This document shows positions 23,806-24,000 of a stretch of DNA of 24,000 nt, in pieces (position 1 is the stretch's first letter; each line of letters begins with the position of its first letter). This stretch comes from Clostridiales bacterium UBA1763. Its GTDB lineage: Bacteria; Bacillota; Clostridia; Oscillospirales; Oscillospiraceae. The stretch is taken from assembly GCA_002314685.1 (NCBI GenBank), contig DCHB01000065.1, forward strand, positions 19,007-43,006, given 5' to 3'. The translations under genes and the position numbers were made by a program. A model generated the notes under the pieces. It made no database searches and was not told the DNA's origin. It saw only the letters and a program-made list of their open reading frames with translations.

Positions 23806-24000
23806 ATGAAAAAAGGAATTGACAAATTCTTAACGAGCGATAAGGTGCTTTATTCTTTGCCGTGGATTTATGCAATATGCACACTTGCATTTGAGATTTT
23901 CAATATTATCAGCGGAATTTATATCAGTATATTTGAACTCGGACTTGAAATAATCAATATTCTCATTGTTTTCGGCATTGCGATTTCATATAAAGCACAC
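23806..24000 (+). CDS. Hypothetical membrane protein (paralog 2; 5' part, continues beyond the window)
   Basis: MKKGIDKFLTSDKVLYSLPWIYAICTLAFEIF...ILIVFGIAISYKAH is clearly paralogous to the start of the preceding gene (MKNGIDKFLTSDKVLYSLPWIY...LLVFGIAISYKVH). The GAGGGAAG RBS precedes it. The frame stays open to base 24000. Confidence 0.7.
   Translation, partial: MKKGIDKFLTSDKVLYSLPWIYAICTLAFEIFNIISGIYISIFELGLEIINILIVFGIAISYKAH

Overview
This window looks like the chromosomal replication-origin region of a spore-forming, moderately high-GC Firmicute. It appears Clostridia-like, but I cannot verify taxonomy without a search. The conserved backbone is: the 3' end of an unknown CDS, ileS (reading frame broken twice), lspA, rluD, dpaB and dpaA (spoVF, minus strand), thyA, folA, a lipoprotein, a PrsA-like PPIase and mfd (minus strand), then dnaA, oriC, dnaN, yaaA, recF, remB and gyrB. 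Four unusual layers sit on top of this backbone. (1) A dense mosaic repeat family covers about 2.1 kb, roughly 9% of the window by my coordinates. It is confined to gene 3' ends. An IS200-like/REP-associated tyrosine transposase (RAYT-type HUH enzyme) gene is inserted between remB and gyrB and is bracketed by two same-strand hairpins with 15-bp stems. (2) A ~240-bp hairpin-rich element is present in two inverted copies that show compensatory stem substitutions. It forms part of a ~340-420-bp inverted-repeat pair bracketing 5539..9867. (3) An AT-rich islet (9054..9866) has a near-consensus promoter, a ~165-nt terminated transcript and an orphan 183-aa ORF that can only be expressed by terminator read-through. 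This is a type III toxin-antitoxin-like or attenuator architecture, and I consider it the best candidate for an undescribed system. (4) AT-rich tandem paralogous membrane-protein genes lie directly after gyrB, where gyrA is usually found. All calls come from reading the sequence and ORF track by eye. No database search or folding program was run.
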